Part shown: positions 40,001 through 51,334 of the stretch, one piece after another
How positions within the stretch are numbered: position 1 is the stretch's first letter
How the letters are laid out: every line of letters begins with the position of its first letter
NCBI RefSeq assembly: GCF_033153115.1
Contig: NW_026889805.1
Span: 20,026,001 to 20,090,000 of the forward strand
Source of the DNA: Saccostrea echinata
Lineage: Eukaryota
Length of the DNA stretch: 64,000 nt
Reading direction: 5' to 3'
Program-made: the position numbers and the translations under genes
The notes under the pieces: model-generated
The model's database searches: none
What the model was told of the DNA's origin: nothing
What the model saw: only the letters and a program-made list of their open reading frames with translations

Positions 40001-43000
40001 GCCTTTCCGACATACTCTGAAAAGATTTTTTTCTGAGCTTGCCGAAATTATCCAGGAAAGTGGTGTAACTAGATGTCTAGAATCTTGGCATTATATGACC
40101 TAAGTTTTTCTTGTACTTTTATGTGTAGGTTAGACAATAAATAAAAAAAAATCAGAATCCGGATCTAGACTGGTATTGCATGTCTCTAACGCAAGAAAAG
40201 TTAACGTACATTCGCATGCTATACATTCTGGTTGCAATTCTCCAGTGAGTAAATATTCATTTGTTATTTTTGAATGACCAATACGTATTCTAGAAATAAT
40301 CACTTCGTCTTGACGTTTCAAGCCGAAATCAGATGATTTGTTGACTTTGTTTTCTATAGCATAAAGCTTACTTGTATCACAAAATTCCCAATAAATCAAG
40401 ACAAATGAAATACCCATTTAAAATTCCTTTTCTTTCAGACAATTTTCCAGTAAAAGAATAGTAAAATGATTGAATGTTTTCTTTAACAAGAGGCCAAAAT
40501 GGCGCGAAACTCCGAATGATGACGGAACGTCATAATCAGTTTTACCTGTGACGTAATGTGTTAACAGTAGGCCCAAAATAGGCCCATGGCACTTAACGTA
40601 GTTTTTGAAAATAGGCCCAAAATAGGCCCGCGGCACAAAGAATGTTAATGACACTACATTGCGGATTTCAAACAAGTGGTATTTATTGTAATAATGTTCA
40701 GTAACAAACTCAGCATCATGGAGCCATGCACTTGTTTTATAAATCCAAGTAGTGAAATATGGTGCAGAAGTTCCATTTTCCTTATGAAGAATACATGTAA
40801 CTCGTTTACTGTAGTTGCTGGGAATACAGACACACGAGGAAATCATCGAGCAGGAACAAGCTCTTGCTGCCGAGGAAAATTTTCGCCATAACACAAACAG
40901 AGATCTGAGGAGATGGAATGACGCCTTTGAGGTGTAAGTAAAAATGGTTAAAACATTATTTTATACACCGATATTGTTGAGGGTCAAAACCATGAAATTT
41001 ATTTAAGAAATAATGTATCATTTTTAAACATCTATCGGGATATAAATACGGGTTGGTCACGAGATTCGGGCTTTATGGTAAATTTGATCTCGTACCAACC
41101 CGTATTTATATCCCGATAGATGTTTAAAAATGATACATTATTACTTATATTTACATTTATGACTTATTCATATTTTATGTTTTCCTGATTATAATCTTTA
41201 ACGCGTGAAATGTTTTATTTTTCAAACTCAACGGCATGTATTTGATCCATTGATTGCGCGTCGACCCTTTATGACGTCACTGAGAAATTACGTCGAACGT
41301 TTATGACGCGAGGAACCCGTGTTTATACGGATATAGATACGCATTGCTTTTAATAGTGTTATATAAAAGAAAACATTTGCAAATGTAAATATACTAAAAT
41401 GAAACAATTTCTTCAGGAAGAAAAAGTATGAAGACGAAACCAACCAGCTTAACAGTCGATATCAAGACGAATTGCATAAAATTAGAAAAGAACATGAAAG
41501 TGTTCTAAGAAGGTAATTCTTATATATGAAAGCAGGTTATTTGTTTCTATCGTATTGTACAATTAATTTCCTTTGACTGTTGAAGTGCAGTTTTTTGTTT
41601 TAAAAATATTTGTCACTTTCAGTTTGAGAGAAAAGGAAATTCAACTGAAGAGGTAATGTTACTCATTTTGAAAGATTATTTTCTTGAACAGTTTCATTTA
41701 CTTGTTGCTAAAAACTAAATATTCATTACTCCAAAGTATTAACTGAAGCATATCAAACATTGTCCTAGGCGGGGGAGAAGGAAGCGTATTTTAAACTTTG
41801 AAATTTGTTTATTGCAGTTTATCTGAAGAAAAAGAAAATCTGTTGACAAGGTAATATGAATGATTAATTGAATGACTTTCTTTTGTTTCAATTCTTATTT
41901 TTATTAATACATAAGGCTCATCATGAATAACAAGAAATAGTAGGTAACATTAATGAATACGTTTTTTAAGATCTGATAAAATGTTATTATTTGTAACACT
42001 GTTCAGTAAACTCGGACTCTCAATGCTTTCATATTGAATACATAGAATAAACATGTTGAATATAATAACATGTATTAAGAAATTTCAGAGGGAGTTCCAC
42101 AGCATTTTAGTTTTATTCAAATCATTAATTTATAGGCTAAGTCAGGTTGCAGGAGCCAAATTACGAGACAATAACCCGGCCGTGTCCGACCTCAGTGACC
42201 CCAATCGACCCCTGAAAATTTCAGAAAAAGTCAGTGAGCTTTACGACAATGAGTGGACAGACGCAATGGAGATCTTGGAGAATGACTGCAGTGAGACCGA
42301 GGCAATAGAAACACTACTCACCATTATTCTGGTAAGTTTTATTTCTGACCAACATTGAATTTCAAGGTATTTAAAAGAAGAAATATATTAAAAAGCATTT
42401 TTCCTTCTTTTTTAAAGAAATGTTTTAGACTTTGTAAAGATTATTCCAGTTTCCAGTTGAAAACTATGACTACGGCTCTCGTTCTAAATGAAAAGGTAGG
42501 TTATATTTGATTTTGTTTCTTTAAGTATATAGGATATGGAATTTTTCTTAAAAACAGGTTATTTTATATCTATTACAACACTTCATTTTACAGCTGACAC
42601 CTGATCTTACTTTAGCAGAAAAATATGCCAAAGATATACAAAAGAGTTCCTCAGCCTGGATGTTGAGCGATTCTTGTCTACATTCTGTAATGCTTTGAAT
42701 TCCTATTATATCATTTTGTGCACTTTATTCATATACTTAACAGAAGATACAAAGCAACGATTCTGTTTCTTTGATTTTCAGATAATATGGCAAGAAGTTG
42801 AAAAGGCTGTTGGAATGCAAAATGCAAATAAATGCAAACCTTATATTCACAAATGTGTGCAGTACTGTTGGTACATGTGTATCCAGGACCCTCCAATGAC
42901 TGCAGTTGCTTTCCAGAAAGGGACAGAATTCAATAGCAATGGAATGAAGTCTTTTACTAAAATAGGACAGTTTGTTGACTTTACAGTATGGCCAGCATTA

Positions 43001-43690
43001 TACCTTCACGAAAACGGTCCCTTGCTTTCAAAAGCAGTAGTACAAGGAACCAATGTTCAAGGCACCAATAAACCACCTCCAGAAAAAAATTACGAGGACA
43101 GGAAAAATAAACAGACCAACAATCAAGAAATTCCTACTAGAAATTACCGAAAAATGGAACCTCAGAACTATCGACCCGCGGAAACGGCTTACCGTGCGAT
43201 ATCAGATGATCGGTACATCGAACCACATCTTGAAAGAACGAGGAAAGGATACCCTGAAATTCGCGATACCAAACATGGAAATGTTGGACAAAGAGACTAT
43301 CGACCAGAATTTGTTGAGAGTCAATACTCAGACCCCCTGCCAAACAGAGGCCAATACATGTCGTACAGTTCCCCACAACCTCCCCATCTGCCAAACAAGG
43401 GGCGATCACAGCATGTTCAATATACTACACAGACTGACATTCCAGCATCAGTTTATAGAAATCAGGCATATCCTTCAAACACGAGATATGAGCATCATGG
43501 GAACCACCCACAATATAGACCTGAAAAACAGTTTCTTCAGGCAACCCATAGCCGGAGTGCTCCAAATGAGTATTATAATGAAACTTATGAACAAGCTCCT
43601 CCTAAAACACAATATAAAAGACACGGCAATCCGCATGCGTCACGAACATATTTCAAAAATAACAAGGAATACAGATCAACAGAACTATGA
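37019..43690 (+). CDS. MIEAP/SPATA18-domain protein, paralogue 4 (608 aa; Y/P/Q/R/H-rich tail)
   Basis: Exons 37019-37122, 37287-37455, 40815-40933, 41417-41512, 41623-41652, 41818-41850, 42136-42331, 42418-42495, 42594-42686 and 42782-43690 sum to 1827 nt with an open frame. The 119-, 33-, 196- and 78-nt exons match paralogue 3 in length. Confidence 0.87.
37184..37197 (+). promoter_or_regulatory. IRF-element-like motif in intron 1 of paralogue 4
   Basis: AAAACGAAAGTAGA, 62 nt into intron 1. An ETS-like ACAGGAAGT also lies at 37001-37009, just before the ATG. Confidence 0.45.
37835..40644. mobile_element. 2.8-kb non-autonomous TTAA-inserting (piggyBac-like) element in paralogue 4 intron 2
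   Basis: TTAA at 37831-37834 and 40645-40648, imperfect TIR CCCTTTTGCTGCCG / CGGCACAAAGAATG. The uninterrupted target site survives in an adjacent duplicate at about 37694-37740. Contains a CAGGCCCG..CGGGTCTG MITE at about 38406-38714. Confidence 0.7.
40200..40400 (-). pseudogene. C-terminal fragment of an RNase H-bearing non-LTR retrotransposon (I-group-like)
   Basis: RQDEVIISRIRIGHSKITNEYLLTGELQPECIACECTLT matches the RLRIGH...PxCxxC zinc-knuckle region of such ORF2 proteins. Confidence 0.7.
41001..41150. mobile_element. Long hairpin MITE
   Basis: Near-perfect inverted arms of about 55 bp (AATAATGTATCATTTTTAAACATCTATCGGGATATAAATACGGGTTGGT). Confidence 0.75.
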
Positions 43691-44282
43691 ATTTAGATAT
43701 TTAAAGTTATGCTACTTGTGTCAAGAAATTGAAATGAACATGCTTAAATGCATAACGTTTACCCTTTAAACATCCGGAATGTTCTCAGCGCAATACTCAT
43801 GACAGCCATATTCTTAGTAAAAAGGAATAGCCATTCCGTTTGCAATCGATTTATTGATTATTTGCAAAAGAACTGATATCACAATGTTTTGTATTTGGAA
43901 TGTATTCTTTGGATATATTTTATGCGTCCTATTGTATATCTTGACCAGAACAAAAACACTGAACTATTGAATTCACGTTATCAATGTATATGATTTAAAT
44001 TTTAAATAAATTAAGAATATTCAAGATATAAGGATTGGTCTTTATGACTTCATAGAAAAGTCACATTTAGCTAAAATACATTTTTATCATCGGTATATGC
44101 ATACAAGTTCTGAATTTTCGCGTTACGCTTTTCAATATATATTTATATAGATTAACATTTAGCGCGCTTAATTCTGATTTGTATCCTACTATAATGTATG
44201 TTGCACGAAATATTTTTTTTTTTCAATACTTTAAACTGTACACACAGTCACAGATTAGGAGACACAGATTAAATATATCGGG

Positions 44283-46509
44283 TTAGTTATTTAGGAAATC
44301 AAATCTGGCTCGAAACGTCTGCCCAGTCGTTCTCTCGCTTGCTTCAACAGTAAGTTCTGTCTTACCAAAAATAAAACCAACAGACACGTTGTTTGACGCT
44401 TCCACGATATTACCGACATTAAGTATCATTTCTCCAAGGGGTTTACAACCTTCGTCGGTGACAAACATCGGATCTGTTTCCGATGACGAATACACCCTTA
44501 CGCGACTGACTGAAGATCCTCTTCCCATTGTAAATGGAACTGAGTGTACACATCCATGCTCCACTGACTCATCGCATTCCACATATTTGTGAAAAATGTC
44601 TTTGCACATAATCCCATTTGCTGTCGCAATTCTCTTTTCAGGTGGATGGTGTCCCTCTATAAATGGCTTGCTGATGGCTATGCCAAATGTAGAATGAGAA
44701 ATCCTAGATCTGATGGAGAGCGGCTTATGGCCGAATATGACAGCTCCTTTTAAGACCGTTAATCCAGCGTCACCAGGCGTTATTATCTTAATGTGGGGAA
44801 ACTGTTGCCTCAAGGTTTCTTGCACAATTGGTGATTCTGCAAATCCACCAACTAAAAGGAAAGTTTTCGTACCCCGAACATTCTGTACCAACAACACCTT
44901 TTGAAGATGCTCAATGAGTTTATCCAGAGGATCTCTGAAAAAGCCTTTCACCAATTCCGAGTCGATTTTAATTTTGTCGGAGATAGAACTTATTCTCTTG
45001 TAATACATTTCGTGATTTTCAACAGCTTCCTTGAAAGATCTGGATTTCATCTTCTCATACAATTCGCGTAAAGAAATAGGAACTTTGATTACAACGCGTT
45101 GTGGCATGTCTTCCTTGCATGTAACAGTTCGTTTCTTTAGTTCAAACTCTCTGAAAATATCCAAATAATCCCCGCCATGCTTTGAACGGAATTCTGCCCA
45201 AACCTCTTCTTCCACAATGTCGATCAAGAACTGTTCATAAGCTGCATCTACCTTTGTTCCACCCCAAGCCCCGCCTGTTGCACGGTGTAATTCCCTTAGT
45301 GTGCCATCATTGTCCACCTGATGGACGGTAATATCAGCTGTTCCTCCTGCAATTCATATTGAAATTGAAATCCCTTGCTAAATATAGGTTTTAAATAAGT
45401 TAACTATATAAAGTTTGACATTAGAATTTAACAGCAAATTATTTTTTTTTAAACTTTTCATACGAATAGTGATATATTCTAAAATGTGTACAAAGCTTTG
45501 AATTTGATGCAGCTACCTCCGAGATCGATCACCATGTACTTCGAACCCGAGTCAAACACATCAGCCCCAGTTGCATCTGGAATATGGCGACAAAAGACAG
45601 AGGCTGCTTCAGGTTCAAGTGCAATAATCAATTGGTCATTAGTAATATCTGCCTGAAGTTTAAACAAATTTGTTTTACTAGTATTTGGTATAAAACGGAA
45701 AATTTAATGCATATTATAATTGTTATTGATACGTCCTTTTCATATGAAGAAGAAAAAAGTGAACATTATGTTAAGACATCAATCTTTAAATCTAATACAA
45801 ATGTACACTTCTATATTTGAAAATAAAAATGACACTGCTTTTTAACAATGTAATTTCAATACATTTTTTTTTGTCAAAATAAAACCTTTTGTGCTGCTTC
45901 TCTCATGAATTGTTTTGCTGGCTCTGACCATATTGCAGGTACAGTTAAAACCCAACGAATTTCTGAATCTTCTATCTCGAAACCTTGCTGCTTCATTATA
46001 TTTAACGCATGGCTCTTAAGGTATGAAATACCGTGCCCAAATACAACTTTTGCTGGCAACTCCTTTCCGCTTGCGTCAGCTATTTTAGTATCCCTAGAAA
46101 GATGCTGTCGACAAAAAGAAGAACAATTAATTGTTCATTTCTTTTTCTGAAGGTACTTTGTACTTGATGATAATGCATTATCTTCTATATTTACCGGATT
46201 TCTGTGAAGAAGCATTTTGAATCGTCTGAAGAAATAGTATTCGTGATGCTCATCATCCACAGCTAGGTCTGCATACGTGTCCTCTGCTTCATACCCAAAC
46301 TTGTAGAATTCTTTATTTGGCTTCAGTAAGAGTGAACTCGGGGTTTTGGAAGAAATAAGTCCTCCTGAGGCAGGAATCCAGTTGGTAAAAGCATATATTT
46401 TTGTGGGGTCATTCTGGAATTGATTTAGGAGGGAAAACGCATACCCAGAGTACGTTGTCCCAAAGTCGATGGCTACAACAACTAAAGGACCTTCGTCTTC
46501 ATCAGACAT
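44283..46509 (-). CDS. HSPA12: Heat shock 70 kDa protein 12-like (atypical Hsp70, 577 aa)
   Basis: Coding exons 46509-46195, 46104-45886, 45652-45517 and 45346-44283. Actin/Hsp70 ATPase motifs IDFGTTYSG, IDLGGGTADIT (split by an intron) and LVGGFAES. HSPA12 signatures WVLTVPAIWSEPAKQFMREAA, ALEPEAAS and GGAWGGTKVD. No EEVD or helical lid. A versus B subtype cannot be assigned. Confidence 0.95.
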
Positions 46510-46537
46510 TATTATCAATGTGTCTGCTAGACAAAAA

Positions 46538-47167
46538 AAAAGGAAGCTCATGGGCTACAATGCTCATTTGGATCTCTCATCCTTCTAAAGAAACAACATC
46601 TTTATTGTGGCTTTAACTTGAAGTCTTTGTTATCAAGAATTTAAATAAGGCCTGGTGTTAAGTTTACAAAATGTAGATCCAGTTCTTCCTAATTTTTTTT
46701 ATGAACAAATGATGTTCCTGTTCTTCCTAAAAAAAAATTATGAACAAATGATGTGCAAAATTTTGTTTCCTTTTATAGTCCTACTTTGGCCCAAGAAGTC
46801 AAGATTTTATCAAAATTGAATCTGCACTATACTTTGATACAACTTATTCCAGAAATTAAGTTTTTACATATTTAGCCTCTTCATTTATAAAATCAAGATT
46901 GATCTTTGGTGGCCCCTTCTCAGTTACAAATGTAATTATTTAACAAAATTCTACATGTACATGTATATGGCAATGCCTTTATATCAAATTCCAAATTGTG
47001 ACCGCACTGTTCTCAAAGTTTTTTCTGCAAAATATACTTTGTATTCCATTGAAGACTTTATTTCCATTTGTGACTAAGTCCGAACCCTGGTTAAATAAGA
47101 TCTATAATTTAGCTTTTCTTGATTATCTCTCTTTGATGAGCACAGGGCCTTTAAATAAACAGTTGAA

Positions 47168-47198
<31 letters not shown>

Positions 47199-47240
47199 AT
47201 TCCATAATTGTGATGAAAGTATGGAAAATGTTTGAGGTGG
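46538..47240 (-). mobile_element. Degenerate HINE/satellite in the HSPA12 5'UTR intron
   Basis: Reversed terminal motif AAGCTCATGGGCTACAATGCTCA and satellite-unit remnants such as TGCCAAATTTGGTTGAAATTG. Confidence 0.55.
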
Positions 47241-47458
47241 AAATAAAACATAGCATTGTTCAATTCATCATTTACAACAAAACAGATACTTGGTGTTGAC
47301 ATTTAATTCGTACAGTTCGGTGATTCTGCATATTTTTACGTTTCAAATCTTTTAATAAATACTGTGTATCAAAAAGTGACCAAAGTTATCTTCCAAAAAA
47401 CTCTTTAAAAGAAAAATTAACATATTTTATGATAAGACGAAAGACATGTGATTCTTAC

Positions 47459-47545
47459 CTGCGCATTTACTTATTAAAATTTATTGTGGGGTTTTTTCAG
47501 AGTTGGTACCAAACCGAAAGTAGAAATTTTCAGTTTCGTTTTGAT
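47459..47545 (-). promoter_or_regulatory. Putative HSPA12 non-coding exon 1 and promoter with IRF/ISRE-type sites
   Basis: Minus-strand donor CAG|GTAAGA at about 47459 pairs with an acceptor about 20 nt upstream of the ATG. Just upstream lie CAAACCGAAAGTAGA (47510-47524) and TTTTCAGTTTCGTTTT (47527-47542), whose reverse complement contains GAAACTGAAA, the GAAANNGAAA ISRE core. Confidence 0.55.
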
Positions 47546-49608
47546 TATTCATCCTTGTTTAAATAAAATGAAGTAGGCGATGGTCGATAACAACTATATT
47601 CGCGACAAGTCGACCAATAAACTACACACAGTAGATTGAAATTGTCTTTCGGTGATATAATAAAACAAACTTGAAAACTGTCTCTTTTTATTTACAAAGT
47701 TTATTGGCAACAGAAATATACAATGAATTTCATGTATCCCTTTTCTTTTCCTTTTTGGCAGTTGCTTTTGGCTTCCATTTCCTTCTCTTATTCTTCGAAA
47801 TTCGAGTTCTTATGCTGAAGTCTTAAAAAGTAAAACGATGATAATAAAATTTAAAAAAAAGTCAGAATGCCTTTTTCTACTTTTTGATATTACAAATATT
47901 GATGAAAAAATAGGATCGACTTCCTCCCTCAATGTGAAATGGATCCATTTTTTACCGAGGAACTTAAAATCAATATAATATTTTGCAAATAAACCATCGT
48001 CTTTACATTAATTTAAAAAAGGATATTTTTTGAATAAAGTACTTTGAAGCATAACCCTTTTTTTTTAATATTCTCTCTGTGATTCACTATTTTTTGCTCA
48101 GTCACGTTGAGACAACTGTAAGAAACAATCAATCAATATAAAAAATCCTATATGTTACATGTACAGTGTACGTTAGATCATATTTATATTATTATTTTGG
48201 CAAAATTTTATAATCAGCTAAGTTCCGGACTTTCTCTTAACGTTCTTTTATTAAACGTGACTATCGCCGTATGTAGTGTGCTTGCCTACTTTTGAAGATG
48301 TAATGTATTCACGGGATCACGCTTCACTAAGGAACCATTTTCTCAAGAAAAATGAATTGAAAATACATGCTAGTAAACAAGGGATTATAATGACCATCCT
48401 AATCGAAAGGTTTCGAATCATTCCGGTTAGAAGAATATATGAGACATGCTAATTTTAACACGTTTATATCTCTTGAAACTTGATTTACTCTATTCCTACC
48501 CAAATGAATTTCTGTAAAGGGCGTTTTCCTTCTCAAATGTTTCTGGGATTTTTTTTTATGTTTTTATATACGACTGATGTCATTAAAATCTATTCTGATA
48601 CACTTTATGGGTGAATTCAAAACTAATTACCACCAAACTGAATTTTTTAAACATATTTTTCACTTATATCATCATATTGTACATGCATTCTAGTTAAAAT
48701 TCCTAAAGTTGCAATATAATAGACAATTGGATAAAAAACTAACTTTCAGAATTTTTATTTGAAAAAAAAGATAATATCACTACATCCTAAAAGACTTTCT
48801 AAAATACATAATCAAAAGAAATTATAGTTCATTATGCATCAAAATGGTGTATCAGGGATATAAATGATTAGATCTCAACCTTGAATAAGTTTCTTCTCTT
48901 GTATATGTGGGAAAAAATGGCTTTTTGATTGTTATTTTACATTATATTTTTCAATTCTGGTTTAAAAAGTTTTAATATGAAAGAAATATTAAACAATAAA
49001 ATTCCCCCAAAATTACTTTTTGGTCCATTTAAGGATATATAACGGAAACAGAAATTTGATGCATGGATTGACATATATTTTTTGATTGATTTTGAATAGA
49101 AATGACAAATAATAAATCCCTAAAATATTAAGAAATCGTAAGATTTCGTTTGTGCTTAGATGTGCAACTGTGTGATGTTTTCTATGTAATTCTATACCAA
49201 ATTTTGCACATATGTTTTAACATTATGACAAAATCTTACAAAATTCTCCCACTTTACATGGCAAACATTGTTCAGGTTACCTATTTGAATATAAATCTAT
49301 GAGAAATATTGTTGATTTCCGAAAAAAGTTTGTTTGTGTTATTTACCCTTAAGTCAAATTTTTAAATCTAAGCCGAAAAAATTGATATACAAGTTCTCTT
49401 ATAAAAAATACCAGATTTTGAAGTGACCCTATTTTACATAATTGCGTTGCTAACCTGACATTTGATATGTTATTTTATTGAACATTGTCTTAAAAATTAT
49501 AACACACAATAACCCATTCTTAATTTGTAAATCAGTTCGTCGTTTTGATATTTTTTTTTTATCATTTACGGCAAGTTTTGTCATATTTTCAATACTACAA
49601 AACATGAT

Positions 49609-49764
49609 NNNNNNNNNNNNNNNNNNNNNNNNNNNNNNNNNNNNNNNNNNNNNNNNNNNNNNNNNNNNNNNNNNNNNNNNNNNNNNNNNNNNNNNNNNNN
49701 NNNNNNNNNNNNNNNNNNNNNNNNNNNNNNNNNNNNNNNNNNNNNNNNNNNNNNNNNNNNNNNN
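49609..49764. other. Assembly gap (156 N)
   Basis: Run of N. Confidence 1.
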
Positions 49765-49926
49765 TAAGTGATGAAAACTATTCTCTGAATTGACTGTCAA
49801 ATATCTGTAATTTGTTGATAAACACAATATTTTGAACATCAAATAATCAAATCAAACATTTTTTTCAATCTATTTTTTAGTTAAGATAGATGAAGATCAT
49901 TAATAATTATAAAATACATGTAGTTT

Positions 49927-51202
49927 TGTTGCACTCCTGACTGCAGTAAAATTAAAAGTTAAAATCATATAACTCAAAAATGCATAATGTGTTGGCAACA
50001 TCAAGTGGTAATGAAATTGTGCAATATTTATAGTCCAATACTTCATAATTAAAACACATGGACGTATTTAACCTTGGTTTTATAACTTGAATTATTCCCT
50101 ATTTATGTCCAAAAACTTGCTAAAAGATATATTTAGAAGATAAAATATACTTTATAGTATATTTTCCTTCACAAGATAAACACTGTAAGCAACTGAGATC
50201 AACCAGAAACATTCTACTCATCAATTTTTTTCTTTATATTTATTCATATTTGATCAGCAATAATTTTTTATTGCATAAAATTTGTTGCACTCCTGACCAA
50301 AAACATGGGAGTCTTTAAAATAGAATTGTGAAGCGATAATTACATCAGAGCTTGTTCTGTTGTTTCAGTGAAGTTATGTGGAATTATTTGAATTTTAATA
50401 CATGTAATAACAATTTTGCAGTGTTTTTATTTTTTACCTTCACAAAAATATCAAAGAAAAGATTAAAAAAAAACACATTTGAATTGATAAAATTAAAAAA
50501 CGAGAAGGATTTTGATGATAAAACTGTCAATAATTTAGCACTAAATTGTTAAAATAGATCATTATTAATTAAAGAATATTTCCTAACATGAATAGAAGAA
50601 GTCTTTTCATCATATAGCATGAATCTTTAAAAAATATATTGCACCTCTGACCATAGAAATATAGATCTGAAATACAGTCAGACCCTGTAATTGATAAATT
50701 TATTTGGTAAAAATTATCTCTGTGTCTTTTTTTCCAAAATAGAAATCAGAGAATCATATACTGATAAAAGTTTTTTCATGCTGGGGAGCAAAATATCATA
50801 TATATGTTGCACTCCTGACATCATTGGGTATGCACAGATACTTGACTCTCATTAATGCTGCCTGTGATTTATATAACATTTTAAAGTTTTAAATTGTACA
50901 TCAGTTATTGTTTTACTCTTTGAAAATTCTTTTTTGACTTAATTGTCTTTAAGATTTTTAAAATCGATGTTTTTGGAAACACTACATTTTATATGTTGCA
51001 CTCCTGACATAGTATAACATTTTTTTCAGCATCAGCCGTGACCACAACTTGGTCAAACAAAAGTTGCTACAATTAAAGCTCAATACTTTGAATATTATCA
51101 GGAAAGTCTTTATTTCCAACATAAACTATTATTATTTATTTCATAGATCTTCAAAAAATATTGAATTTTCAAAATGTCACAAAAAAGTGTTGCACTCCTG
51201 AC
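49927..51202 (+). repeat. Dispersed 15-mer TGTTGCACTCCTGAC, 5 exact copies plus degenerate ones
   Basis: Exact copies at 49927, 50283, 50805, 50994 and 51188; variants near 50637 and 49445. Confidence 0.85.
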
Positions 51203-51334
51203 ATTTTTAGCATTATTTTTCGGCATATCTTTTTTATGAATTGAGATATCAATGAGATATTTGGCAGGTATTTAGATACGAAATAAAGATGTATGCTGAG
51301 ACATAGAAATGTATTCCCATTGCCTGTATTTTAA

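Noticed and set aside
2569-43690. Assigning the symbol SPATA18 to the four paralogues
   Set aside because: Only the C-terminal domain pattern is shared; orthology cannot be shown without a phylogeny.
47790-47810. Heat-shock-element-like TTCGAAATTCGA
   Set aside because: Imperfect spacing, and probably inside the last exon of the neighbouring gene.
49450-49842. ORFs spanning the X run
   Set aside because: Artefacts of the N gap.
49927-51202. CRISPR-like interpretation of the 15-mer repeats
   Set aside because: Repeat too short, spacers long and irregular, no cas genes, eukaryotic context.
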